A stretch of DNA of 53,440 nt. It comes from an uncultured Eubacteriales bacterium. Its GTDB lineage: Bacteria > Bacillota > Clostridia > Oscillospirales > CAG-272. The notes beneath the pieces were generated by a model. That model was not told the DNA's origin and did no database searches. It saw only the letters and a list, made by a program, of their open reading frames with translations. The stretch lies in contig CABPZV010000001.1 in the NCBI GenBank assembly GCA_902462015.1, forward strand, positions 1 through 53,440, given 5' to 3'. A program made the translations under genes and the position numbers. Below, piece after piece: positions 28,130 to 36,660 of this stretch; within the stretch, counting starts at the first letter, position 1; every line of letters starts with the position of its first letter.

Positions 28130-29773
28130 ATGAACGGGAAAACGAAACAAATACTGATAGGAGTGCTGTGCGTTCTTCTTTTGTTTATACCTACAATTAT
28201 CGCGGTTGTGAATTACAATATAGCACAGGCGGCTCCGGTAAATAAAAATTCAGTTACGAAAATGGTACTCAGGTCTCCGAAATCCAGCGAATATATTTTT
28301 GATAAAAATTCTGAAAGCAAACCGGATCAGCAAATTGACGGAGATATGATTTCATATTTCATTGAACTCAATAAAAATGCAGAGCCTCTTTCGTCAATAT
28401 CCGAGCCGCTTGCAGGCCGCAGTTTTTTTGAGGCTGTGTACTATAGCTATGATTTCGAAACAGTCTATAAGTATTATTTTTCAACTAATCCGTCAGAGGC
28501 TTATTACGTTGACAACAATAACAAAACTTATCATATTGCAAAAGAAGATGCAGAGAAATTTATTTATTCATCTTACAGTATTGACCTCTACTCTTCATCG
28601 GAGCTTCCGGTATTAAAGATAGGTGACGCGGTAATTAAGCCGCAGACCATGAGCTGGCAGTTTCTTCTGAGCAATAATACATATACAAATGCAATAGCAG
28701 ATCTTGCGTCAGATATGCCTGTTGCGGAAATTTCAAGCGGTCTTGATCTTGTCTATAATGTACAGCCCGACTACCTTCAGGTTCAGATAAGCAATCAGGA
28801 GGAGGTACTCTTTAACGATTTGTATTCTAATATGTCGAGCTTTAAATTTACCGAAAGCGGCGTACTTAACGTAAAGCTTCAGGCAAAATGGTATGAAGAT
28901 TCAACAAGGACAAGCTATGGTGAAGCATATTATGATTTTACGGTAAATGTCACGGCTCCCGCAATCTTTGAGCTCGGAACTGATCAGATCGAGCACGGTG
29001 ATTTTGTAGTAATTACAGGCAAAAATGTCGAAGACGGTTCGGAAATTAATTTTTCTTCCTCTCCGGATATAGGTTATAATCCGGTATTTTTCCGTGATGG
29101 AAGCAATGTCTATGCTCTTGTTCCTATTTCGTATGCAGTAGATTATTCCTCCAGTGTGAAATTTACAATCGAATGTCAGGGAAGTACATCCGAATTGGAG
29201 CTTGCCGTTAAAAGTAAAACATACCGTGCGCAAAATTACAATATTTCTGTTGAACTTATATCTCAGTATAGAGACGGAAATGCAACAGCTGCTTTTGCGG
29301 AGGGAATGGCGCCGTATTTTGCAAATAAAGAGACTCAAAGATATTTCTCCGGTAATCTGATATATCCTGCGTCTTCTCTTAAAAATCTAAACAGTGTAAA
29401 AACTGGATACGGAGTGTACAGAACCCTGACTGCGACTGGAACACAATATCGTCATGACGGAGTAGATTTTATGGTTGGGGCAACAGATTCAGCTTTAGCG
29501 GCTTACGGAGGGAAAGTAATATTTGCCGGGCAGCAGACAATGAGCGGAAGAACAGTAATTATAGATCATGGATACGGGCTAAAGACCTTGTACGCGCACC
29601 TTAACTCAATTTCTGTATCTGAAGGTGATATTGTAGAGCAGGGGCAGGAAATCGGAATAGTTGGTAATACCGGATTTACAGACACAACAATGCTGCATTT
29701 CGGAATGTATGTATTTAATGTTCCTGTTTGTCCCTATAACTATTTTGATTCGGAAATTAAAATAGCCGAATAG
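28130..29773 (+). CDS. membrane-anchored M23/LytM-domain protein
   Basis: N-terminal TM segment. The C-terminal LytM domain has HxxxD intact (YRHDGVDF), but the HxH motif reads MLH (TTMLHFG). Start set to the ATG preceded by GGAGA. Confidence 0.8.
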   Translation: MNGKTKQILIGVLCVLLLFIPTIIAVVNYNIAQAAPVNKNSVTKMVLRSPKSSEYIFDKNSESKPDQQIDGDMISYFIELNKNAEPLSSISEPLAGRSFFEAVYYSYDFETVYKYYFSTNPSEAYYVDNNNKTYHIAKEDAEKFIYSSYSIDLYSSSELPVLKIGDAVIKPQTMSWQFLLSNNTYTNAIADLASDMPVAEISSGLDLVYNVQPDYLQVQISNQEEVLFNDLYSNMSSFKFTESGVLNVKLQAKWYEDSTRTSYGEAYYDFTVNVTAPAIFELGTDQIEHGDFVVITGKNVEDGSEINFSSSPDIGYNPVFFRDGSNVYALVPISYAVDYSSSVKFTIECQGSTSELELAVKSKTYRAQNYNISVELISQYRDGNATAAFAEGMAPYFANKETQRYFSGNLIYPASSLKNLNSVKTGYGVYRTLTATGTQYRHDGVDFMVGATDSALAAYGGKVIFAGQQTMSGRTVIIDHGYGLKTLYAHLNSISVSEGDIVEQGQEIGIVGNTGFTDTTMLHFGMYVFNVPVCPYNYFDSEIKIAE

Positions 29774-29854
29774 TATTAAATACGATTCTTGAGATGTTAA
29801 TTACACCGTCAAAACACTTTATGACGGTTATTATCTAATATATAATCCTAAAGT

Positions 29855-29884
29855 AAAAAATTCATCCCTTGGGATGAATTTTTT
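29855..29884. terminator. bidirectional intrinsic terminator between the M23 gene and the hemolysin III gene
   Basis: AAAAAA-TTCATCC-cttg-GGATGAA-TTTTTT. Confidence 0.7.
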
Positions 29885-29987
29885 ACTTTATACAACTGTT
29901 TATCTCTTAAACCGGATGGATAAGTTTTTCAGGCAATTGTGTTCCGTTCGTATGTTTTTATATTATATAATTTGAAATTCTTCACTT

Positions 29988-30665
29988 TCAAACAACATAG
30001 AATAAAATACAAATTGTATGAAGAATACTTCCGGCGACACAAAAAATATGAAAAACAGAGTGTATATATCTATGTTTTTTCCCGAATGCATAGAAAACCG
30101 CTCCTATTGTATATGCGATACCGCCGGCTATGAGAAAGACGGTCCCGTTAGTTCCGAGAGAAGCAGATGTGGTTTTCCATGTAACGATAACACACCATCC
30201 CATCGCAAGGTAACAAACCATAGAAAAGAGCTTAAATTTCTGCAAATTAACTGCATTCAATACAATGCCCAACGCTGCCATTCCCCAAATGATACCAAAT
30301 ATTACCCAGCCAAGAGCAGTGTTAGCTTCTCTGATTGAACAAAGTGCTATAGGTGTATATGTTCCTGCGATTAAAACAAAAATTGTACAGTGATCCATGA
30401 TACGAAATATCCATTTCGCGTTAAGCTTTTTACTCAGTCCGTGGTAAATACTCGACATAGTATACAGAAAAATCATTGACGCTCCGAAGACTGCCGAGCT
30501 GACTATGGCATATGCATTATTATGAAAAGCAGAAACAAGAATACAAAGGACTGCTGTAGTAATACCGACCGCACCGCCGGCAATGTGAGATACCATATTG
30601 AAAATTTCTTCGCCTTTTGTATATTCAGGGATTTCTCTTATTGATACAGTTTTTTCTTTTCCCAT
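29988..30665 (-). CDS. hemolysin III family (PAQR) membrane protein
   Basis: 225 aa, 7 TM segments, with SHIAG, SSIYHG, DHCTIF and HxFxxxG-type motifs. Confidence 0.88.
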   Translation of the reverse strand: MGKEKTVSIREIPEYTKGEEIFNMVSHIAGGAVGITTAVLCILVSAFHNNAYAIVSSAVFGASMIFLYTMSSIYHGLSKKLNAKWIFRIMDHCTIFVLIAGTYTPIALCSIREANTALGWVIFGIIWGMAALGIVLNAVNLQKFKLFSMVCYLAMGWCVIVTWKTTSASLGTNGTVFLIAGGIAYTIGAVFYAFGKKHRYIHSVFHIFCVAGSILHTICILFYVV

Positions 30666-30786
30666 ATTGTATCGTACCTTTCTCCTATAAATAGTGTCTG
30701 ATTTTTATTTTTTTCCGCGGTCAGTATGTTTTCTATATTTGTGTAAACAAAGGATGATCGGGAAAACTGGCTACTGTGTGAAATTT

Positions 30787-30815
30787 ATTATAGCATATTT
30801 CCCGATATAATACAA
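30787..30815 (-). promoter_or_regulatory. sigma-A type promoter (TTGTAT-17-TATAAT) of the hemolysin III gene
   Basis: On the minus strand the -35 is at 30815-30810 and the -10 is at 30792-30787. Confidence 0.5.
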
Positions 30816-30907
30816 GAAATACTGACTTACTTTATTTCTTACTGCTTATGACCATACTTTGGTGTCTATCCTGAAATTCTAAATGATCAGGTTTATTAAA
30901 AAAGGTA

Positions 30908-30936
30908 TTGACAAATCTGCATAAAAGTAGTATTAT
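30908..30936 (+). promoter_or_regulatory. sigma-A type promoter (TTGACA-17-TATTAT) of the GntR-ABC operon
   Basis: -35 TTGACA at 30908-30913, 17-nt spacer, and -10 at 30931-30936. Confidence 0.65.
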
Positions 30937-30957
30937 TGTATTAGTTAAGTGATACAA
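30936..30957 (+). promoter_or_regulatory. candidate GntR (YtrA-type) operator, inverted repeat TTGTAT-N10-ATACAA
   Basis: Perfect 6-bp arms at 30936-30941 and 30952-30957 overlap the -10 box and the expected transcription start. They contain the GT...AC core typical of GntR operators. Confidence 0.5.
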
Positions 30958-31061
30958 CGGCAGAGAATAGTATGAACAGGCATACAAAATCTGAGATGTT
31001 AATCAACATTAGGGAACCAAAATTTTTGTAAGGAGTAGAGGTTAAAGGTATAATTTTAAAT

Positions 31062-31424
31062 ATGGAATATAATTTTGACAACGAGAGACCCATATATATT
31101 CAGCTTGTAGAAATGCTGAAAATAGAAATTATTTCCGGAAGAATTAAAAGCGGAGAGAAGCTGCCTTCGGTAAGAGATTTCGCAATGAAAGCAAAGGTAA
31201 ATCCCAATACTATGCAAAAGGCGCTCTCGGAGCTTGAGCGGGAAAATCTTATTTATACAGAGCGGACAAATGGAAAATATGTTACCGATGATAATAATTT
31301 GATAGAAAATATAAGAAATGAAATAGCCTCGGAGCTGGTTAGTAACTTTGTAAAGGCTATGAATAATATAGGTATATACGGCGAAGAAATAAAGCAATAT
31401 ATGATAAATGAAGGGAACGGGTAA
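31062..31424 (+). CDS. GntR family transcriptional regulator, YtrA subfamily
   Basis: 120 aa. Winged-HTH region PIYIQLVEMLKIEIISGRIKSGEKLPSVRDFAMKAKVNPNTMQKALSELE, with only a short C-terminal domain. Confidence 0.88.
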   Translation: MEYNFDNERPIYIQLVEMLKIEIISGRIKSGEKLPSVRDFAMKAKVNPNTMQKALSELERENLIYTERTNGKYVTDDNNLIENIRNEIASELVSNFVKAMNNIGIYGEEIKQYMINEGNG

Positions 31425-31425
31425 T

Positions 31426-32124
31426 ATGGAGCTGATTGAATGTAAAAATCTGTGCAAAAGCTTTGATAACAAAGTAATTTTAAATGACATTAATCTTAAA
31501 ATCGGAAAGGGCAAAATAATCGGCCTTCTCGGAAAAAACGGCCAGGGGAAAACAACCCTGATAAAGCTTATGAACGATTTGCTTACTCCTACAAGCGGAG
31601 AAGTTTTAATAAACGGAAAAAAGCCGGGAATCGAAAGTAAAAAGATTATATCCTATCTTCCTGAGAGAACATATTTAGATAAAGAAATGCGCGTATCCGA
31701 TGTGCTGAAATTTTTCGAAGAATTTTACGGCAATTTCAATTCTGAAAAAGCACTTCAGCTGCTGAAAGCGTTAGATTTAGACGTAAATCAGCGGTTAACA
31801 AAAATGTCGAAAGGTATGCAGGAAAAGGTTCAGCTTATATTAGTAATGTCAAGAGAAGCCGAAATATATCTTCTGGACGAGCCTTTGGGAGGAGTCGATC
31901 CTGCAACGCGGGACTATATATTAGACACTATACTGTCTAATTTTAAAGAGGGTGCATGTGTAATTATATCAACTCATTTAATATCCGATATAGAAAGAAT
32001 ATTAGACGAGGTTATATTTATAGATAAGGGACAGATAATTTTGAACTCTGCGGCTGACGAGCTGCGAAGCAAGGAAAAAACGAGCATAGACGAAATATTC
32101 AGGAGGCATTTCAATGTTAGGTAA
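31426..32124 (+). CDS. ABC transporter ATP-binding protein
   Basis: Walker A GKNGQGKTT, signature-like MSKGMQ, Walker B IYLLDEP. The ATG lies 1 nt after the GntR stop. Confidence 0.9.
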   Translation: MELIECKNLCKSFDNKVILNDINLKIGKGKIIGLLGKNGQGKTTLIKLMNDLLTPTSGEVLINGKKPGIESKKIISYLPERTYLDKEMRVSDVLKFFEEFYGNFNSEKALQLLKALDLDVNQRLTKMSKGMQEKVQLILVMSREAEIYLLDEPLGGVDPATRDYILDTILSNFKEGACVIISTHLISDIERILDEVIFIDKGQIILNSAADELRSKEKTSIDEIFRRHFNVR

Positions 32125-32905
32125 AGTACTTAAATATGATTTAAAATGGATATATAAACTGATTTTGATTTTTTATTGTTTAGCTCTTATTTTTTCAGTA
32201 TTTACAAGGATTTTTTTCAGTATTGAAAATTCAGTGTTATTTAATGTAGTTGGAAGTATTTGCAGTGGGTGCGCAATAGCAATGATGGTAAGCTGCCTAA
32301 TTAACACCCTTATGAGAGCATGGGTGCGCTTCCTCAGAAACATTTATAAAGATGAAGCTTATCTGACACATACTCTGCCTGTTGAAAAGAAAACCGTTTA
32401 TTTGTCAAAGGTTCTGTCCGCGATTATCTGTTCTTTTACGACAATGACAGCAATAATTTTGTGTCTGTTTATTTGTTATTATTCAGAAAAAAACATGATG
32501 GTCTTAAAAGAGCTTTTAGAGCTCGCTGCTAATACTTATAATACAACGGTAATCAGCCTGCTCTTGACCGTTACCTTTGTGTTGTTTTTAGAAATTGTAT
32601 TTATTCTTTTATTGGGATATGTAGGTATCATTATGGGGCACAGATCAAATAAAAACAAAATGGCAAAATCTCTTATCTGGGGATTTGGTTTATATATTTT
32701 AACCTCTGGGCTAACTTTAGTTCTTATATTTATTTTTGGCTTATTCAACAGCGGTGTTATGAATTTTATTAATACCACGGATATAATTAATATAGATTCT
32801 ATAAAGATGGTCATGTATGCAGGGACTGCAGTATACCTTATTTATAATGTTATATATTATTTTGTCGGAAAACACCAGCTTGAAAAGGGAGTAAATATAG
32901 ATTAA
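32114..32905 (+). CDS. hypothetical multi-TM protein, presumed permease partner of the ABC ATPase
   Basis: 263 aa with about 6 hydrophobic helices. It overlaps the ATPase gene by 11 nt. It is very AT-rich. No family recognised. Confidence 0.7.
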   Translation: MLGKVLKYDLKWIYKLILIFYCLALIFSVFTRIFFSIENSVLFNVVGSICSGCAIAMMVSCLINTLMRAWVRFLRNIYKDEAYLTHTLPVEKKTVYLSKVLSAIICSFTTMTAIILCLFICYYSEKNMMVLKELLELAANTYNTTVISLLLTVTFVLFLEIVFILLLGYVGIIMGHRSNKNKMAKSLIWGFGLYILTSGLTLVLIFIFGLFNSGVMNFINTTDIINIDSIKMVMYAGTAVYLIYNVIYYFVGKHQLEKGVNID

Positions 32906-32962
32906 AAAGTTTCCTGTACAATATTTCACAGCTATTTCCCGGATTACAGTTAAAATAATTGC

Positions 32963-33007
32963 ATCAGGCAATGTCAGATTATATAGAACATTGCCTGATT
33001 TATTTTT
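32963..33007 (+). terminator. intrinsic terminator of the GntR-ABC operon
   Basis: Stem ATCAGGCAATG (32963-32973) with CATTGCCTGAT (32989-32999), followed by TTATTTTT. Confidence 0.7.
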
Positions 33008-33087
33008 AGATATTTTTATTTCTTTCCGCCGGAACCGTTCGATTTCGTCATAAAAACTCTTTTAATGTATAGTAATTTAGGCCTAAA

Positions 33088-34353
33088 TTAATTATTTTTT
33101 TCAATATCCTGTAATGAAACAGAATAATCGTGCTTTATCGGTTTCCATTTTACGTGTATAAAAAGGGAAATAATTCCGAGAGGTAATTCTATAAAATCAT
33201 ACCATGGCCAGAAGATTAAAAAGAAAATCTGCTTTGAGACCGGGCATCGAATATGAGCACGTTCACGAAAGAGTACAAGGGCTCCAGTAATTACTGAAAA
33301 AAGCCAATACGCGGCAAAAGCCGTAAGGGCGGTTCCGGCAATACTCAGAAATGTTTTTTCTGCCGTATTGCCTGAGATGATACTTCGGAATGTTTCTGCG
33401 ATTGCCGGGAGTGTGACACAAAAGAAAGAAAACAGTCCGGCGGGAAATAAATACATAAACATATCATAACATGATAAATGTGATTTTCCGGGGCTGAATA
33501 TACCGGAAGCCAGCTTGGGTGCTGCTGCAATAAAGCATGCAAGCCGTCCCTTAATCCAGCGTATTCTCTGACGGATTGCCACCCGAATTTCATGAGGCTG
33601 TTCATCATAGAATTCAGCCGCTTCACAAAATTCAATTTTTTTCCCCTTAATTACGCTTTCCATAGTAAACTGTGTGTCTTCGGTAAGATATGTACAGTGC
33701 CAGCCACTGCAAAGCAATGAACTTTTTACTGCCCATCCGGTACCTGCTATATGAGTACTCATGTTAAGCAAGGTTCGCGGACGGTGAAGAAAAAATGATG
33801 ATCGCATAAAATGTATGCCATACGAGGCGGAAATAATATTTTGGCTGAAATTTTTTGTGTTCCGGTACCCGACGCATATATCCGCGCCGGCTGACATAGC
33901 TTTATTTATTTCAGATATGAAATTTTTACGTAGTAAATTATCTGCGTCAAAGAAAATAAAACAGTCAAAATTATTTATTCCATAGTCGCTGTCAATTTTA
34001 CCAAAAAGATATTCAAGTGCATAACCTTTCCGTGCACGGAGACTGTCATGACGTTCATACACAATTGCACCGTGCTCGCGACAGATTTGCGCAGTATTAT
34101 CGTTACAATTGTCAGCTACTATAAAGACGGTTATATAGGAACGGTCATAATCCTGGTCTTTAATAGAATCAAGAAGTCTGCCGATCACTGCGGATTCATT
34201 TCGCGCACTTATTACAACGCCGTATTTCTTTTTTATATCTGAAGGCGGAAAAACTTTTGATTTTGAAAATAAACCTATAAGAACGAATACAAAACGATAT
34301 AAAGACAGAATAGTTACTGCTGTAGTAATGTATCCGAATATTTTTAGTAACAT
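33088..34353 (-). CDS. integral-membrane family 2 glycosyltransferase with processive-synthase signature
   Basis: The D, DxD (FFDADN), TED and Q-R-I-R-W (QxxRW) motifs occur in order. TM helices lie at both ends. Confidence 0.8.
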   Translation of the reverse strand: MLLKIFGYITTAVTILSLYRFVFVLIGLFSKSKVFPPSDIKKKYGVVISARNESAVIGRLLDSIKDQDYDRSYITVFIVADNCNDNTAQICREHGAIVYERHDSLRARKGYALEYLFGKIDSDYGINNFDCFIFFDADNLLRKNFISEINKAMSAGADICVGYRNTKNFSQNIISASYGIHFMRSSFFLHRPRTLLNMSTHIAGTGWAVKSSLLCSGWHCTYLTEDTQFTMESVIKGKKIEFCEAAEFYDEQPHEIRVAIRQRIRWIKGRLACFIAAAPKLASGIFSPGKSHLSCYDMFMYLFPAGLFSFFCVTLPAIAETFRSIISGNTAEKTFLSIAGTALTAFAAYWLFSVITGALVLFRERAHIRCPVSKQIFFLIFWPWYDFIELPLGIISLFIHVKWKPIKHDYSVSLQDIEKNN

Positions 34354-34440
34354 AAAATTACCTATTTAGTTTGTATGAAAAGCCAGCTACTTATGCAATC
34401 TGCTCGGAGCAGGCTTTTTTAGCGGTGTTTAGTATGATAA

Positions 34441-35193
34441 TTATTCAAAATATATTTTTGCGGCACGGTCATTGCCGCCGTAATCTTTAAGTATTGCGCA
34501 TTTGGAAGCACCGTATAAAAAGGCGAGATTTCTGATTTCTTCGGCTTGGTCGTATCCAATTTCCAAAAGAAGAACACCGTTTTTTTTGAGAAGCGGCGGA
34601 TATATCTTTAAAAAAGCACGGTAAAATTGCATGCCGTCATCTCCGCCGTCAAGGGCAATATAAGGTTCTGCTTTAACCTGTGGGGACAAAGATTCGATTA
34701 CCGAGGTTCTGATATACGGCGGATTGGATACTATTATATCATATATATGCGTAAATCCGTAGTGCTTTTGGAGATCTGATATTAACGTGGGATTTCTTGC
34801 GTCAGCTTCTATAATTCTGAGACGCGTCGCAACACCATTTATATCAGCGTTGCGGTGGGCAATTTGTACTGCCGGGTGAGAAATATCGGTGGCGTCTCCC
34901 TGAAGGTCGGGTCTTTCACAAAGGGAGGATATAGCAATACAGCCGCTTCCTGTACATAAATCTAAAAAGCGTCCGTTTACAGGGGCGGCTTTAACAAGCT
35001 GGTCAACAAGCAGCTCGGTATCCGGCTGAGGAACAAGAACATCCGGGGTGACTTTGTAGGTTTGATTTCGGAAATACCATTCACCGATGACATATGCAAG
35101 CGGTTCTCCAGCATCAACCCGTGCAGCTGCTGCTTTAAAGCAATTTTCGTCTTTATAAAAGTCGCTCAGAATTCTTCTTTCATGTTCTGTCAT
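34441..35193 (-). CDS. prmC: peptide chain release factor N5-glutamine methyltransferase
   Basis: SAM motif DLCTGSG and catalytic NPPY (IVSNPPYI). Its start overlaps the DUF1385 stop as ATGA. Confidence 0.88.
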   Translation of the reverse strand: MTEHERRILSDFYKDENCFKAAAARVDAGEPLAYVIGEWYFRNQTYKVTPDVLVPQPDTELLVDQLVKAAPVNGRFLDLCTGSGCIAISSLCERPDLQGDATDISHPAVQIAHRNADINGVATRLRIIEADARNPTLISDLQKHYGFTHIYDIIVSNPPYIRTSVIESLSPQVKAEPYIALDGGDDGMQFYRAFLKIYPPLLKKNGVLLLEIGYDQAEEIRNLAFLYGASKCAILKDYGGNDRAAKIYFE

Positions 35194-36317
35194 AATATAT
35201 CTTTGTCATCTGTTTTTTTCGTATTTTCCTCTGAGGTTAAATTGTTCTGCGCCGAGTTGCAGTCCTTAATATTGTCATCTGCGGCGCTGTTAGAATTTTC
35301 AGAGTCGGGAGCGTTTTCAATTTTGCTATTATCTGTTTCGCTCTTTACTTCGGTTTTATCTACAGAGTGCTCGGGGAATTCTTCTGGCATACTGCTTTTA
35401 AGTGCTTCGATAGCAACGGCAAGCTGCTCAAGATCCGGCTCGCGAGTTGTGATTCTCTGCATCCAAAGACCGGGAGCTGACAACGCTCTGACGAGTCGGT
35501 TGTCATGCTTTCCGGCATACATCAGAAATTCATATCCTACGCCTACTACAATGGGCAGCATAGCCAGTTTAGTAGCAAAACGAATTATAACGCTGTCCCA
35601 TGTGACAAACGGAAGCGAGTAAATCAGAATAGAAATTGCAATCATAACAAACATAAAGCTTGTTCCGCATCTGGGATGAAAACGTTTAAATTTTTTCGCG
35701 TTTTCGGGGGTCAGTTCTTCTCCCGCTTCATAGCAGAATATCGATTTGTGTTCTGCGCCGTGGTATTCGAACGTCCTTTTAATCTCGGACATAAAAGAGA
35801 CGCCCCATAAATATGCGACGAAAATCAGGACTTTTATAACTCCTTCGACAAGATTTTTAAACCATCCGAGATTGCCGCCTGTAAGATGATCTACACCCTT
35901 TGTCATAAAAATAGGCAGGAAAAAGAATATACCGACGCCGAGGACAAGTCCCAAAACAGTGGAAATTACCATGACGATGTCCATAATGCTTTTTCCGAAT
36001 TTTGTGCGAAGCCATTTTTCGAATTTTGATTCCTCTTCTTCCTCGTCAATTCCGTATGCTTCAGCAGAAATTGATAAGGTTTTATAACTTAAAATCATCA
36101 TTTCAATGAAATTTACAGCCCCTCTTATAATCGGAATATTGAGAATTTTAACTTTTTTTCTTATTGATATGAATTCCCTGTTTTCTGTGACAATTTCACC
36201 GTTTTCGCGGCGGACGGAAACAGAATATCTGTTTTTATGCCGCATCATTACTCCTTCAAGAACTGCCTGTCCTCCGACTACACCAAGCCGCGGATTGACT
36301 TCAACTTTATTTTTCAT
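35190..36317 (-). CDS. DUF1385 (YqhQ-like) membrane protein
   Basis: GGQAVLEGVMMR N-terminal signature, HGAEHK and HPRCGTSF motifs. Position upstream of prmC is conserved. It has a low-complexity C-terminal tail. Confidence 0.85.
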   Translation of the reverse strand: MKNKVEVNPRLGVVGGQAVLEGVMMRHKNRYSVSVRRENGEIVTENREFISIRKKVKILNIPIIRGAVNFIEMMILSYKTLSISAEAYGIDEEEEESKFEKWLRTKFGKSIMDIVMVISTVLGLVLGVGIFFFLPIFMTKGVDHLTGGNLGWFKNLVEGVIKVLIFVAYLWGVSFMSEIKRTFEYHGAEHKSIFCYEAGEELTPENAKKFKRFHPRCGTSFMFVMIAISILIYSLPFVTWDSVIIRFATKLAMLPIVVGVGYEFLMYAGKHDNRLVRALSAPGLWMQRITTREPDLEQLAVAIEALKSSMPEEFPEHSVDKTEVKSETDNSKIENAPDSENSNSAADDNIKDCNSAQNNLTSEENTKKTDDKDIL

Positions 36318-36577
36318 TATATATTAAATCCTGCATCCTTTCACTTTTGTTTGATTTTCACCCAGCCTGCATAAATTTTGCCGTTCGGTTATCCGGATAT
36401 AACCTTTAATAAAATGTTATATATCGCCTGTTAAGACACTGTCTTTTAAAGCTAAATGTTCCTTTGATGTAACAGTGTATGTAATAGCCGGCTTCAGAAC
36501 CGCTTACTATATAAGACGTCTTTCTGCTGAATATGTGGTTGATAGAAAATAAGCTGTCGTTTAAAATGTATATTAAA

Positions 36578-36606
36578 ATTATATCATGGATAGCATACAT
36601 CGTCAA
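36578..36606 (-). promoter_or_regulatory. sigma-A type promoter (TTGACG-17-TATAAT, TG-extended) of the DUF1385-prmC operon
   Basis: On the minus strand the -35 is at 36606-36601 and the -10 is at 36583-36578. This implies a leader of about 250 nt. Confidence 0.55.
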
Positions 36607-36660
36607 GCAAAAATCAAATGAAGAATTTGCTTATATACTAATAGTTTGTAAAAGAAATTT

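Noticed and set aside
33074-33089. Perfect 16-nt palindrome AATTTAGGCCTAAATT overlapping the GT2 stop codon, as a possible terminator or operator.
   Set aside because: It is AT-rich with no loop and no U-tract on the relevant strand. It cannot be distinguished from chance by eye.
36406-36606. 66-aa minus-strand ORF in the spacer upstream of the DUF1385 gene.
   Set aside because: Its start codon lies inside the -35 box of the best promoter, so it would not be on the transcript. It has no Shine-Dalgarno sequence, and its sequence is Ile/Tyr-rich, as expected from AT-rich non-coding DNA.
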